Notes: generated by a model not told the origin, from the sequence alone. 64,000 bases of DNA from Actinomycetes bacterium (GCA_038246575.1 JBBRVU010000003.1:3421-67420), one strand, 5' to 3'; positions 27,122 to 36,649 are shown, counted from the stretch's first letter. A program made the numbers and translations.

Positions 27122-27676
27122 TCAGGCCTCGGCCGCGTCTGCTTCGTCCACAGCGTCGCGAACGACCGACATCGCGAGACCGCCGGAGTAGCCCTTGCGC
27201 GCGAGGAGCCCCACCAGGCGCCTGATCCGCGTCTCGCGAGTCAGCCCGCGCAGAGAGGGGACCCGCCGGGCCACCAGCCCAGCGGCTGCCTCCCGCTCCG
27301 AGTCAGCGTCGATCGTCTCGACGGCCGCGGTCACCGTCTCGTCGTCGACGCCTTTCTTGCGCAGCTCGTGGGCCAGCGCCCGTCGGGACAACCCGCGGGT
27401 GGCGTGCCGCGACCGCACCCAGCTGTCGGCGAAGGCCTCGTCGTCGATCAGCCCCACCTCGGTGAACCGGTCGAGAACCCGATCGGCCACGTCGTCCGGC
27501 ACGGCCCGGGCTGCCAGGTCTCCGGCAAGCTGGGCGCGGGTCTTCGGCGCAGCGGACAACTTGCGCAGCACGATGCTGCGCGCCACCGACTCCTGATCGG
27601 CGCCGGGTGCGCGGTCCGCCGGGCTCCCGGGCGTCGGTCCGTCGGGGCCACCGCGTGCCCGCCCCTGCACGAGCAC
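27122..27676 (-). CDS. recX: Recombination regulator RecX
   Basis: ...LRKLSAAPKTRAQLAGDL...LIDDEAFADSWVRSR...LRKKGVDDE... It lies immediately downstream of recA. Confidence 0.88.
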   Translation of the reverse strand: MLVQGRARGGPDGPTPGSPADRAPGADQESVARSIVLRKLSAAPKTRAQLAGDLAARAVPDDVADRVLDRFTEVGLIDDEAFADSWVRSRHATRGLSRRALAHELRKKGVDDETVTAAVETIDADSEREAAAGLVARRVPSLRGLTRETRIRRLVGLLARKGYSGGLAMSVVRDAVDEADAAEA

Positions 27677-27678
27677 CC

Positions 27679-28809
27679 TCAGATGTCGCTCGGCGCCAGC
27701 GCCGGCATGTCCGCGGCTTTGGCCGGCTTCGACAGGTCGATCTCGTCGGCCGGTGCATCGAGCTGCGGACCGATGTTCAGCTTTTCCTTGATCTTCTTCT
27801 CCAGCTCGTCGGTGAGGTCGGGGTTGTCGCGCAGGAAGGCTCGCGCGTTCTCCTTGCCCTGCCCGAGCTGGTCACCCTCGTAGGTGTACCAGGCGCCGGC
27901 CTTGCGCACGAAGCCCTGCTCGACGCCGACGTCGATCAAGCCACCCTCGCGGCTGATGCCGGTGCCGAACATGAGGTCCATCTCGGCCTGCCGGAACGGC
28001 GGAGACATCTTGTTCTTGACCACCTTGACCCGGACCCGGTTGCCCACGGCCTCCGTGCCGTCCTTGAGGGTCTCGATGCGGCGGATGTCGAGCCGGATCG
28101 AGGCGTAGAACTTCAGCGCCTTGCCACCGGACGTCGTTTCAGGCGAGCCGAACATCACACCGATCTTCTCGCGCAGCTGGTTGATGAAGATGGCGGTCGT
28201 GCGGGACTGATTCAGCGCACCCGCCAGCTTGCGCAACGCCTGGCTCATGAGCCGGGCCTGAAGACCGACGTGACTGTCACCCATCTCGCCCTCGATCTCG
28301 GCGCGCGGCACCAGGGCAGCGACCGAGTCGATGACGATGACGTCCAGCGCACCTGAGCGGATCAGCATGTCCGCGATCTCGAGCGCCTGCTCCCCCGTGT
28401 CGGGCTGGGAGACCAGCAGGGCATCGGTGTCGACGCCGAGCTTCTGCGCGTAGTCGGGGTCGAGCGCGTGCTCGGCGTCGATGAAGGCCGCGATGCCGCC
28501 GGTCTTCTGCGCGTTGGCGATCGCGTGCAGGGCGACTGTCGTCTTGCCGGAGCTCTCCGGACCGTAGATCTCGACCACCCGGCCGCGCGGCAGGCCGCCG
28601 ATGCCCAGGGCGATGTCGAGGGCGATGGACCCGGTCGGGATCACCTCGATGGGCGCCCGGACGTCGTCGCCGAGACGCATCACCGAGCCCTTGCCGAACT
28701 GTCGGTCGATCTGCGCGAGAGCCGTGTCGAGGGCCTTGTCGCGGTCTGCTGCCGGAGCCATGGTTGCCATCCCGGTGGAGGAGGTTCGGGTCGTCTTCTT
28801 TGAGGTCAC
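27679..28809 (-). CDS. recA: Recombinase RecA
   Basis: [27 protein letters not shown]...[22 protein letters not shown]... The start is ambiguous. GTG at 28809 fits a leaderless transcript from the -10 at 28816-28821. ATG at 28770 or 28761 would give a conventional N-terminus. Confidence 0.95.
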   Translation of the reverse strand: MTSKKTTRTSSTGMATMAPAADRDKALDTALAQIDRQFGKGSVMRLGDDVRAPIEVIPTGSIALDIALGIGGLPRGRVVEIYGPESSGKTTVALHAIANAQKTGGIAAFIDAEHALDPDYAQKLGVDTDALLVSQPDTGEQALEIADMLIRSGALDVIVIDSVAALVPRAEIEGEMGDSHVGLQARLMSQALRKLAGALNQSRTTAIFINQLREKIGVMFGSPETTSGGKALKFYASIRLDIRRIETLKDGTEAVGNRVRVKVVKNKMSPPFRQAEMDLMFGTGISREGGLIDVGVEQGFVRKAGAWYTYEGDQLGQGKENARAFLRDNPDLTDELEKKIKEKLNIGPQLDAPADEIDLSKPAKAADMPALAPSDI

Positions 28810-28815
28810 AGGTGG

Positions 28816-28838
28816 AATCTAGAGCCGACCCCGGACAC
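28816..28838 (-). promoter_or_regulatory. RecA-NDp (PafBC-type) promoter motif
   Basis: Sense GTGTCCGGG-GTCGGCTC-TAGATT compared with the published tTGTCRgtg-N8-TAnnnT consensus (M. tuberculosis recA: TTGTCAGTG-GCTGTCTC-TAGTGT). The spacing is identical. Confidence 0.6.
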
Positions 28839-28889
28839 AACTCGCGCAGCCAGCGGAAGTTGTGGACAAGGCCTCGTTGTGGACAATAA

Positions 28890-28905
28890 CCGAACGTGTG
28901 TTCGA
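28890..28905. promoter_or_regulatory. LexA box upstream of recA
   Basis: cCGAACGTGTGTTCGA, followed on the sense strand by a TATTGT -10-like hexamer. Confidence 0.85.
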
Positions 28906-28948
28906 CAGCAGCGCGACACGCCCGCGAGCGGCTGAGCGTCTGCCGCAG

Positions 28949-30205
28949 CTACGGCCGTACGGCCTCGACCTGCTCGACCTGCCGGCGGGAGAGCACCACC
29001 AGCACCAGCACGGGGATCACCAGCAGGCCGGCCAGCGCGTTCAGGGTCCCGTAGCCCGCCAGGCCCACGACCAGCCCGGCCAGTGCCCCGCCGATCGCTC
29101 CGCAGACCCCCATCACGAAGTCCGACGCACCCTGCACGCCGGGGCGCACGGCGTCGGCCACCGACTCCGAGATCAGCGTCGAGCCGGCGATCAGTGCGCA
29201 CGACCACCCCAACCCGATGAGCAGCAGCCCGGCGCCCAGGACCGCATCGTTGGAGGCAGTGCCGGCCAGGACGACCGCGAGCACCAGCACCCCCTGGCTC
29301 AGCACCAGCACCGGCACCCGCCCGATCTTGTCCGTGAGCCACCCCACGATCGGCGAGAACGCGTACATCCCGGCGACGTGCAGGCTGATGACCACACCGA
29401 CCACCTCGAGTGTGGAGCCCTCGTGGCGCATGTGCACCGGAGTCATCACCATCACGGAGACCATCACCGTGTGTGCGGCAGCCACCGCGGCGATCGCCAG
29501 GACGGCGGGCGACGAGGCCGCGACAGCCCGCAGGGCCGCCCGGATCGTCACGGCCGGCGGCCGCTCCTCCTCCCCCACCGCCCGAGCCATGAGCAGCGGG
29601 TCGGGCCGGAGCGCGACCAGAAGGGTGAGAGCGGCGACGGCGAACGCGACCACGGAGAACAGCAGCGGCCCGGTCAGCCGCGGCAGCCCGAACCAGTCGG
29701 CCACCACCGCGCCAGGTCCGGTGAGGTTCGGGCCCAGTACCACCCCGAGGGTCGTGGACCAGACCACCGTTGCCAGCGCTCGCGCCCGATGCGCCGGGGT
29801 CGCGAGGTCTGCCGCGGCGTAGCGCGACTGCAGGTTCGTTGCGGTGCCCGCACCGAGCAGCGCCAGGCCGACCAGCACGAACGCGAACGAGTCGACCACC
29901 GCCCCCAGGACCGCCAGCACCGTGCCCGCCACAGCAAGCGAGTACCCGGCGACCAGGCCGGGACGACGACCCCGCGCCGCCATGATCCGCGCCATCGGCA
30001 GCGCCAGCACAGCGGCGCCGAGCACGGACGAGGTCTGCGCCAGCCCGGACAGCGACGTCGACCCGGACACGTCCTCGGCGATCAGGCCGCCCACCGACAC
30101 CGCCGCTCCGACCCCGATGCCGCCGAGCACCTGCGCGGCGGCCAGAACACGCAACGTGTGCCGCTGCACGGCCACCGTGTCGAGCGTCTCCAGATCCGTC
30201 GCCAT
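28949..30205 (-). CDS. MFS transporter
   Basis: 418-aa protein with about 12 TM segments and typical MFS loops. Confidence 0.8.
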   Translation of the reverse strand: MATDLETLDTVAVQRHTLRVLAAAQVLGGIGVGAAVSVGGLIAEDVSGSTSLSGLAQTSSVLGAAVLALPMARIMAARGRRPGLVAGYSLAVAGTVLAVLGAVVDSFAFVLVGLALLGAGTATNLQSRYAAADLATPAHRARALATVVWSTTLGVVLGPNLTGPGAVVADWFGLPRLTGPLLFSVVAFAVAALTLLVALRPDPLLMARAVGEEERPPAVTIRAALRAVAASSPAVLAIAAVAAAHTVMVSVMVMTPVHMRHEGSTLEVVGVVISLHVAGMYAFSPIVGWLTDKIGRVPVLVLSQGVLVLAVVLAGTASNDAVLGAGLLLIGLGWSCALIAGSTLISESVADAVRPGVQGASDFVMGVCGAIGGALAGLVVGLAGYGTLNALAGLLVIPVLVLVVLSRRQVEQVEAVRP

Positions 30206-30232
30206 CAGAACAGACTAGGAGACTGCGCCGGA

Positions 30233-31636
30233 TCAGCCCGTCGTCGCAACCACACCCGGAATGCGACTGGCCCGGAAGGCCGCGACGAACAGCGCGTGGT
30301 CGGCGCGGGCGCGGGTGGCGTACCGGTGGGCGAACTCGGTGAGATCCGCCACCAGGTCGTCCACCCGGTCGCCGACGGCCGCGCTCACGACGTCCTCGGT
30401 CTGCACGTCGAGCAACGGGGGGTCGCCCGAGTCGGCGCCGCTGTCGTCACCCGAGCCGGCGGAGTCCTTGTCGCTGACGCAATGCACCTTGGCCGTCGCC
30501 CGGCCGAGCTGCTCCACCACCGGGCGCAGGTCGTCGGGCTCGGAGAGCTCCGACCAGTCCAGGTCCGCCTCGTAGGGCGACAGCTCGGTGACCACGAACC
30601 CCGTGCCGTCGAGCTCGGTCCAGCCCAGCCACGGGTCGGCATGCGCCTGCAGGGCCGCCTGCGACACGGCGGTTCGGTGCCCGTGGTGCTGGAAGTACGC
30701 CCGTGCACCCTCGTCGTCGACCACCCGGCTCGGGGCCGCGACGTTGCCCTGCTTCATCGAGAGGATCACGTCGTTCTCCAGCGCCTGGGTGCGGCCCTCG
30801 ACAAGCAGGTTGTACGCGGGCAACCCGGCGCTGCCGATGCCGAAGCCCGACATTGCCACCACGTCCTTCACCGCATACGCCAGGTCGTTGAGGCGCTTGG
30901 ACTCCGGCACCGTGCTCCGGTACGCCGCGTACGCCTGCTCCACCTGCTTGCGCTCGCCGCGTCGGAGCTCGCGCACCGAGCCGCTGCGACGGAACCGGCG
31001 CCGGTAGTCCTCGACCAGCGTCAGCCCGTCGAGCAGGTCGATCCGGGTCGACAGCTGCGCCTGCTGCAACGCCGTCAGCACCGCACCGTCTGCCGTGTCC
31101 AGCCCGAGCGCCCACTCGTGGTCCTTGTCGCTCTCGACGAACGCGTGCACCTGGTCGACATACGCCCGCACGTAGGTGGCCACGAGGTCGTCGATCACCT
31201 CGTCGGGCAGCGCCTTCTGCCAGCACATCAGGGCGAGGCTCGCGACGAAGCGGCGCAGGTCCCAGGTCCAGGGCCCGAGGTAGGCCTCGTCGAAGTCGTT
31301 GACGTCGAAGACGAGGATCCCCGCGCCGTCCATGTACGTGCCGAAGTTCTCCGCGTGCAGGTCGCCCTGGATCCAGACCCGGGCCGCGTCACCGGTCGCC
31401 CACGGATCGTCCTCGTCGACGACGTCGCAGTAGAAGACGCACGCGCTGCCGCGGTAGAAGGCCCAGGGGTCGGCGGCCATCTTGCGGAACTTCCCCCGGA
31501 ACGCGTCCGGGTCGGCCGCCATCAGGTCGTCGAAGGCGGCGACGAGGGTGTCGACGATCAGCGTGGTGCGCTCGTCGTCGGTGGTGTCGGTGGTGTCGGT
31601 GGTGCGGGTGGCCTTGGCAGGAGACACGGTCAGCAC
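30233..31636 (-). CDS. DUF2252-family protein
   Basis: KMAADPWAFYRGSACVFYCD...WIQGDLHAENFGTYMD...VFDVNDFDEAYLGPWTWDLRR. Confidence 0.8.
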   Translation of the reverse strand: MLTVSPAKATRTTDTTDTTDDERTTLIVDTLVAAFDDLMAADPDAFRGKFRKMAADPWAFYRGSACVFYCDVVDEDDPWATGDAARVWIQGDLHAENFGTYMDGAGILVFDVNDFDEAYLGPWTWDLRRFVASLALMCWQKALPDEVIDDLVATYVRAYVDQVHAFVESDKDHEWALGLDTADGAVLTALQQAQLSTRIDLLDGLTLVEDYRRRFRRSGSVRELRRGERKQVEQAYAAYRSTVPESKRLNDLAYAVKDVVAMSGFGIGSAGLPAYNLLVEGRTQALENDVILSMKQGNVAAPSRVVDDEGARAYFQHHGHRTAVSQAALQAHADPWLGWTELDGTGFVVTELSPYEADLDWSELSEPDDLRPVVEQLGRATAKVHCVSDKDSAGSGDDSGADSGDPPLLDVQTEDVVSAAVGDRVDDLVADLTEFAHRYATRARADHALFVAAFRASRIPGVVATTG

Positions 31637-31652
31637 GTCCTCGGTGTCGGGC

Positions 31653-31844
31653 TCAGCGGCGGGCCGACGGGACCTCCATGCCCTCGCAGACCGCGCGCCA
31701 CACGCGAACGGTCTGCTCGCCCGTGGACAGGGCCTGCTCGACCGTGCGGTTCCCGAGCTCGGTGAACACGTGCAGCTCGGCGAGTGAGTCGGCGTGCGCG
31801 CCGAACTCGGCGTGCATTCGGTCCCAGAAGTCGGTCAGGCGCAT
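31653..31844 (-). CDS. DUF3046-family small protein (Rv2738c-like recA neighbour)
   Basis: MRLTDFWDRMHAEFGAHADSLAELHVFTELGNRTVEQAL...VWRAVC. Confidence 0.8.
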   Translation of the reverse strand: MRLTDFWDRMHAEFGAHADSLAELHVFTELGNRTVEQALSTGEQTVRVWRAVCEGMEVPSARR

Positions 31845-31898
31845 CGGGCCATTATCCCCCGACGACTCGGGCGATTGGCAGCACTGCCCCGTGACGGC

Positions 31899-32819
31899 TC
31901 AGCGTGCGGATCCGTCGGTCAGCGTGGAGCCGAGCTCGAGGGCACGACGGACGAAGCGCTCCGCCGGCTTCTCCGAGCGGCCCATGGGCAAGGCGACCAG
32001 GATCGAGCGTTCCGGCAGTGGCGGGTCCAGCCGCTGGACGTGGACCCTCCGGTCGTCGGCGTCGATCGCGAGCAGCGGCATGATCGCGGTGCCGATGCCG
32101 GCTCTGACCATGGCCTGAACGGCGGCGTTGTCGTTGCTGCGGAAGACGAAGTCCGGCGCGATCCCCGCCTCGCGCAGACCGTCCTCGACGATCTGGTGGC
32201 ACACACAGCCCTGGTGCCCGACGGCCGGGCGACCGTGCAGGTCGGCCAGGGCGACGACGTCGGGCAGGTCGCGGGTGTCGCTGGCCGGACTCATCGCGAC
32301 GAACGGGTCGCGGCAGACCTCGTGGATGACGACCCTGTCGTCGGTGACCGGTCCGACCAGGAACGAGACGTCCAGCCGGCCGCTGACGAGCCCGTCGACG
32401 AGTACGGCGTTGTCGTCGCTCTCCACCACGCTGGTCGACAGCCCTGGCTGGGTCGCACGAATCTCGGCGAGCAGCAAGGGCAGCAGTCGGGCAGAGACAC
32501 TCTGGAAGGTCCCGACGGCCAATCGACCAGCGGTGCCGTCGAGCAGCGCGGCCATCCGCGACTCCAGCAACCCGACCCGGCCCAACACGTCGGCGGCGGC
32601 GACCAGGACCTCGCGGCCACCCGCAGTCAACGTCACTGGTCTCGGTCCGCCGTGGCGCTGGAAGACCGGCATGCCCGCCGCCTTCTCCAGCGCGGCGATC
32701 TGCGCCGTGATGGCCGCCTGCGAGTAGCCCAGGGCGTCAGCCGCCCGCCGGAAGGAGCCGTGCTCGGTCACCGCCTGCAGCGCCGCGAGGTGCCGCAGCG
32801 AAAGGTCGGCGAGGGGCAT
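31899..32819 (-). CDS. LysR-family transcriptional regulator
   Basis: LRHLAALQAVTEHGSFRRAADALGYSQAAITAQIAALE, followed by a substrate-binding domain. Confidence 0.9.
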   Translation of the reverse strand: MPLADLSLRHLAALQAVTEHGSFRRAADALGYSQAAITAQIAALEKAAGMPVFQRHGGPRPVTLTAGGREVLVAAADVLGRVGLLESRMAALLDGTAGRLAVGTFQSVSARLLPLLLAEIRATQPGLSTSVVESDDNAVLVDGLVSGRLDVSFLVGPVTDDRVVIHEVCRDPFVAMSPASDTRDLPDVVALADLHGRPAVGHQGCVCHQIVEDGLREAGIAPDFVFRSNDNAAVQAMVRAGIGTAIMPLLAIDADDRRVHVQRLDPPLPERSILVALPMGRSEKPAERFVRRALELGSTLTDGSAR

Positions 32820-32837
32820 CTGCCCGACGGTACGCCG

Positions 32838-32860
32838 GATGATCGAGAAACGCGATCATC
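32838..32860. promoter_or_regulatory. Putative LTTR binding dyad GATGATCG-N7-CGATCATC
   Basis: 8-bp perfect arms in the lysR / phyH-like divergent region, about 20 bp from the lysR ATG. Confidence 0.5.
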
Positions 32861-32949
32861 GTGACAGTTTTTCATCGCTTTTCACGATCGCTTCCGCACC
32901 GTACGTTCCGGAGAACTGCCGAACAGGCCGGACCCCGAGGGAGCCCTTC

Positions 32950-33783
32950 ATGAGCACCACCGCCACCACCGTGGACGCGAGCATCGTTGACCAGGACACC
33001 GTCGAGAGCTTCCACAGCAACGGGGTGACCATCGTGCGGGGCCTGTTCACTCCGGCCGAGGTGACGACGGTGGAGCGCGGGATCGAGCGCAACCTCGCCG
33101 AGCCGGGCCCGATGCTGAAGGTGGCGAGCAAGCCGGACGACCCGGGCAAGTTCGTCGAGGACTTCTGCAACTGGCAGCGCATCCCGGAGTTCCGCGAGAT
33201 CGCGTTCGAGTCGCGCGCCGCCGACGTCGCGGCCGCGCTGATGGACAGTCGCGAGGTCCGGCTCTTCCACGATCACATGCTGGTGAAGGAGCCGGGCACC
33301 AAGCAGCACACACCGTGGCACCAGGACCAGCCCTACTACAACGTCGACGGCGCGCAGAACGCCTCGATGTGGATGCCGGTCGACCCGGTCGCGGCCGAGT
33401 CCACGTTGGAGTTCCTCGCGGGGTCGCACCGCGGCGGGTGGTTGATGCCCCGCACGTTCATGGAGAACGAGGCGAAGTGGTTCCCCGAGGGGTCGCTCGC
33501 CGAGCTCCCGGACATCGAGTCGCACCGCGAGGACCACGACATCCGCGGCTGGGCCATGCAGCCCGGCGACGCCGTGTTCTTCCACATGCTCACGCTGCAC
33601 CACGCCTACGGTGTCCCTGGGAAGAACCGCCGCCGCGCGTTCTCGCTGCGTTTCCTCGGCGACGACATCACCCACGCGCCGCGCACGTGGACCACCTCGC
33701 CGGAGTTCGGTGACCTCGTCGCCGATCTTCCCGCCGGCGCACCGATGGACCACCCGCTCTTCCCTGTGCTGCGCGTCAGGTGA
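32950..33783 (+). CDS. Phytanoyl-CoA dioxygenase (PhyH) family Fe(II)/2-OG oxygenase
   Basis: ...FHSNGVTIVRGLF...TPWHQDQPYY...FHMLTLHHAY...RRAFSLRF. ATG at 32950 follows SD GAGGGAG. Confidence 0.75.
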   Translation: MSTTATTVDASIVDQDTVESFHSNGVTIVRGLFTPAEVTTVERGIERNLAEPGPMLKVASKPDDPGKFVEDFCNWQRIPEFREIAFESRAADVAAALMDSREVRLFHDHMLVKEPGTKQHTPWHQDQPYYNVDGAQNASMWMPVDPVAAESTLEFLAGSHRGGWLMPRTFMENEAKWFPEGSLAELPDIESHREDHDIRGWAMQPGDAVFFHMLTLHHAYGVPGKNRRRAFSLRFLGDDITHAPRTWTTSPEFGDLVADLPAGAPMDHPLFPVLRVR

Positions 33784-34600
33784 GCAGCAGCTTCTCCAGC
33801 CGCCGACCGGTGACCACCAGCCCCACGACGCCGAGCGCGACCAGCACCGCGACGTGGATCAGCGACCCAGCACCGACAGCGCCGGTCGTGAGCTCCCGGA
33901 GCAGCGTGGCCGCGTGGTAGAGCGGTGAGAAGCGCACGACCCACTGGATGGACTCCGGGTAGGTCGACAGCGGGTAGAACGTGGCCGAGAAGAGGAACAT
34001 CGGCAGCGTCGCCAGCGTGACGTACTCGAAGTCCTGCCACGACTTCATGTACGTCGTCGCCGCCGTTCCGACCGCCGCGAACGCGAACCCGACCAGGACC
34101 ACGGCCGGCAGTGCGAGGACCGCCCACCACGACGAGATCAGCCCCATCACGAGCATGACCGCCAGGAACGTCGTGGAGTAGAACGCCGCGCGCATAAGCG
34201 CCCATGCGATCTCACCCACGGCGACGTCGACCGGAGTGACCGGCGTTGCGAGCACCGAGTCGTAGAGCTTGTTGTACTTGAGCTTGAAGAAGAGGTTGAA
34301 GACCGCGTCGAACATCGCGCCGTTCATGGCGCTCGCGGCGAGCATGCCGGGGGCGATGAACACGGTGTAGGTCACGAGCTCGCCGCCGGGCAGCTCGACG
34401 TCGCCGACCAGCTTGGCCACGCCCACGCCGATCGAGAGCAGGTAGAAGACCGGCTCGAACAGGCCGGACAGGAACACCAACCAGCTGTTGCGGTAGACGC
34501 GGATGTTGCGCTCGATGAGGTACTTCGCGCCGCCGGTGCCGAGCAGCCGCCGGCCGGGGATCGGCGGCGCCACTCGCCACAGCAACGTCGGGCCGCTCAT
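33776..34600 (-). CDS. ABC-2 type exporter permease (second of two)
   Basis: MSGPTLLW...YRNSWLVFLSGLFEPVFYLLS... with six TM segments. Its ATG overlaps the upstream stop (ATGA). Confidence 0.85.
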   Translation of the reverse strand: MSGPTLLWRVAPPIPGRRLLGTGGAKYLIERNIRVYRNSWLVFLSGLFEPVFYLLSIGVGVAKLVGDVELPGGELVTYTVFIAPGMLAASAMNGAMFDAVFNLFFKLKYNKLYDSVLATPVTPVDVAVGEIAWALMRAAFYSTTFLAVMLVMGLISSWWAVLALPAVVLVGFAFAAVGTAATTYMKSWQDFEYVTLATLPMFLFSATFYPLSTYPESIQWVVRFSPLYHAATLLRELTTGAVGAGSLIHVAVLVALGVVGLVVTGRRLEKLLLT

Positions 34601-35457
34601 TCGACGAGCCGCTTCTCGAACCGCCGCGCCGCGACGACGAAACCGATCGCGGCCCACAGCGACAGGTAGGCGATGTGCACCAGCGCCGAGCCGAGATCCG
34701 GACGGCCCAGGGTGAGGTCGCGGGCCAGGTCCACGCCGTGCCAGAGCGGGATGACGTAGGCCACCGGCTCGAGCACGTCCGGAAGCTGCGTGACGGGGAA
34801 GAAGGTGCCGGAGAACAGGAACATCGGCATGATGCCGAAGCGGAACAGCATCGCGAACGCAGGCGGGTCCTCGACGGTCGCCGAGAACGCAAAGATCGCC
34901 AACGCGAAGGCCAGCCCGGTGAGCACTGCGGTGGGGACGGCCAGCACACCCCACCACGACGGGACCGCTCCGAAGAGCACCATCACCAGGGCGAAGGCCG
35001 TCGAGGTGATGGTCAGCCGGAAAGCGACGAAGAGCAGGTGACCGGCGAGGGTGTCGACCGGACGCAGCGGGGTCGCGAGCATCCCGTGGTAGGTCCGGTG
35101 CCACTTGATCGCGCCCATCACGGGGTACGTCGACTCGAACGAGGTCATCTGCATCGCGGTCGCGGCCAGCAGGCCTGGGGCGATGAACTCGAGGTAGCCG
35201 ACACCGCCGAGAGTTCCCGCGCCGCTCCCCCGGTCGATCAACAACCCCAGACCGAGCCCCATCGCGGCCAGGAAGCCCACTGGCTCGAGCACTGTCGAGA
35301 TCGCCGAACCGCGCCAGGTGCGGCGGTACTGCGCCAGCCAGTAGGCGAACGCCCGCAGCACCAGCACGGACCGGGGCGGGAGTGGCGCCAGGTCCGGTGG
35401 CCTTCGTCGAGAAGGCACGGGCGATGACCCGGCCACCGGACCGGTGGAGACGCTCAT
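34597..35457 (-). CDS. ABC-2 type exporter permease (first of two)
   Basis: MSVSTGP...YRRTWRGSAISTVLEPVGFLAAMG... Its ATG overlaps the ATPase stop (ATGA). Confidence 0.85.
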   Translation of the reverse strand: MSVSTGPVAGSSPVPSRRRPPDLAPLPPRSVLVLRAFAYWLAQYRRTWRGSAISTVLEPVGFLAAMGLGLGLLIDRGSGAGTLGGVGYLEFIAPGLLAATAMQMTSFESTYPVMGAIKWHRTYHGMLATPLRPVDTLAGHLLFVAFRLTITSTAFALVMVLFGAVPSWWGVLAVPTAVLTGLAFALAIFAFSATVEDPPAFAMLFRFGIMPMFLFSGTFFPVTQLPDVLEPVAYVIPLWHGVDLARDLTLGRPDLGSALVHIAYLSLWAAIGFVVAARRFEKRLVE

Positions 35458-36422
35458 CAGTCGACCAGCGTCCGGCCGGTGAGGCGCAGGAAGACGTCCT
35501 CGAGGGTGCTGCGGCGGACCAGCACCGAGAGGGCCGACACACCCTGGCGGTGCAGCTCGGCGGCGGCTTCGTCGCCGTCGGTGGCGTAGAGCAGCAGCCG
35601 GTCCGGCAGGACCTCGACCCGCTGCACCAGTGCGGCCAGCGGGCGTCCGTGGTCGGCGAGCAGGCCGTCGACCTTCTCGGCAGCCACCTCGTTCTCGCCC
35701 ACGGGGAAGCGCAGCTCGACCACCTCGCGGGTCGACCACTCGCGGATCAGCTCGAGCGGCGAGCCCTCGGCCGCGATCCGGCCGCCGTCCATCACGACCA
35801 GCCGGTCGCAGAGCTGCTCGGCCTCGTCCATGTAGTGCGTCGTGAGGACGAGCGTCACGCCCTGCTGCTTGAGCCGGAACAACCGGTCCCACACGACGTG
35901 GCGAGCCTGCGGGTCCAGCCCGGTCGTCGGCTCGTCGAGCAGCAGCAGCTCGGGCTCGTTGATCAGGGACCGGGCGATGGTCAGCCGGCGCTTCATGCCA
36001 CCGGACAGCGGCTCCACCTTGCTCCGCGCCCGCTCACCGAGCTGGACGAAGTCGAGCAGCGCGTCGGCCCGCTCGCCCAGGACCTTCTTCGGCAACCCGA
36101 AGTAGCGGCCGTAGACCAGCAGGTTCTCGCGAACGGTCAGCTCCGCGTCGAGGGAGTCCAGCTGTGGCACGACACCGAGGCGGGCCCGGATGCGCGCGCC
36201 ATCGACGGCCGGGTCGTGGCCCAGGACCCGCAGCGTGCCCTCGGTGACCGGCGAGACGCAGCCGATCATCCGCATGGTCGAGGACTTGCCGGCGCCGTTC
36301 GGACCGAGGAAGCCGAAGGACTCCCCGCGGGCCACGTCGACGTCGATCCCGTCGACCGCGACAAAGTCGCCGAAGCGCTTCACCAGGCCGCGGGCGTGGA
36401 TCAGCGGGAGGTCGTCAGGCAC
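35457..36422 (-). CDS. ABC exporter ATP-binding protein (DrrA/NodI-like)
   Basis: GFLGPNGAGKSSTMRMI...LSGGMKRRLTIARSLI...LLLLDEPTTGLD. GTG start at 36422. Confidence 0.9.
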   Translation of the reverse strand: MPDDLPLIHARGLVKRFGDFVAVDGIDVDVARGESFGFLGPNGAGKSSTMRMIGCVSPVTEGTLRVLGHDPAVDGARIRARLGVVPQLDSLDAELTVRENLLVYGRYFGLPKKVLGERADALLDFVQLGERARSKVEPLSGGMKRRLTIARSLINEPELLLLDEPTTGLDPQARHVVWDRLFRLKQQGVTLVLTTHYMDEAEQLCDRLVVMDGGRIAAEGSPLELIREWSTREVVELRFPVGENEVAAEKVDGLLADHGRPLAALVQRVEVLPDRLLLYATDGDEAAAELHRQGVSALSVLVRRSTLEDVFLRLTGRTLVD

Positions 36423-36430
36423 GGTGATCG

Positions 36431-36453
36431 ACCCTAACCCCGACCCCCGACAC
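36431..36453 (-). promoter_or_regulatory. RecA-NDp-like motif in front of the ABC exporter operon
   Basis: Sense GTGTCGGGG-GTCGGGGT-TAGGGT, 8 nt before the GTG start. It matches the recA copy (GTGTCCGGG-GTCGGCTC-TAGATT) at 17 of 23 positions. Confidence 0.45.
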
Positions 36454-36649
36454 CAGCCGAACGAGTTTCACCGCGCCGACACCAGTCCGCCCCTCTTCGC
36501 GGCCCTCCGCCAGCCGGGACCGAACCGGAAAGGCGACGCAATGGCTGTACTTGTGGTCGAACGGGGCGTCGGAGCCCCTTGCGTCGCCTTTCGGGACCGC
36601 GGCGGGTGAACCAGATGCACGCGACCCCCCGACGACGCACACTGGTGGC

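Noticed and set aside
28862-31765. 967-aa plus-strand ORF, the longest non-annotated ORF in the window
   Set aside because: It is antisense to the MFS and DUF2252 genes. It is a low-complexity R/G/P/H/Q-rich product with no recognisable domain, so it is a GC-driven open frame.
33776-35892. 588-aa and 431-aa composite ORFs in the exporter operon, and the 641-aa ORF 49353..51278
   Set aside because: Each is a real gene (permease or pgsA) fused in the track to an upstream open off-frame stretch overlapping the neighbouring gene. I trimmed them to starts that overlap the preceding stop codon.
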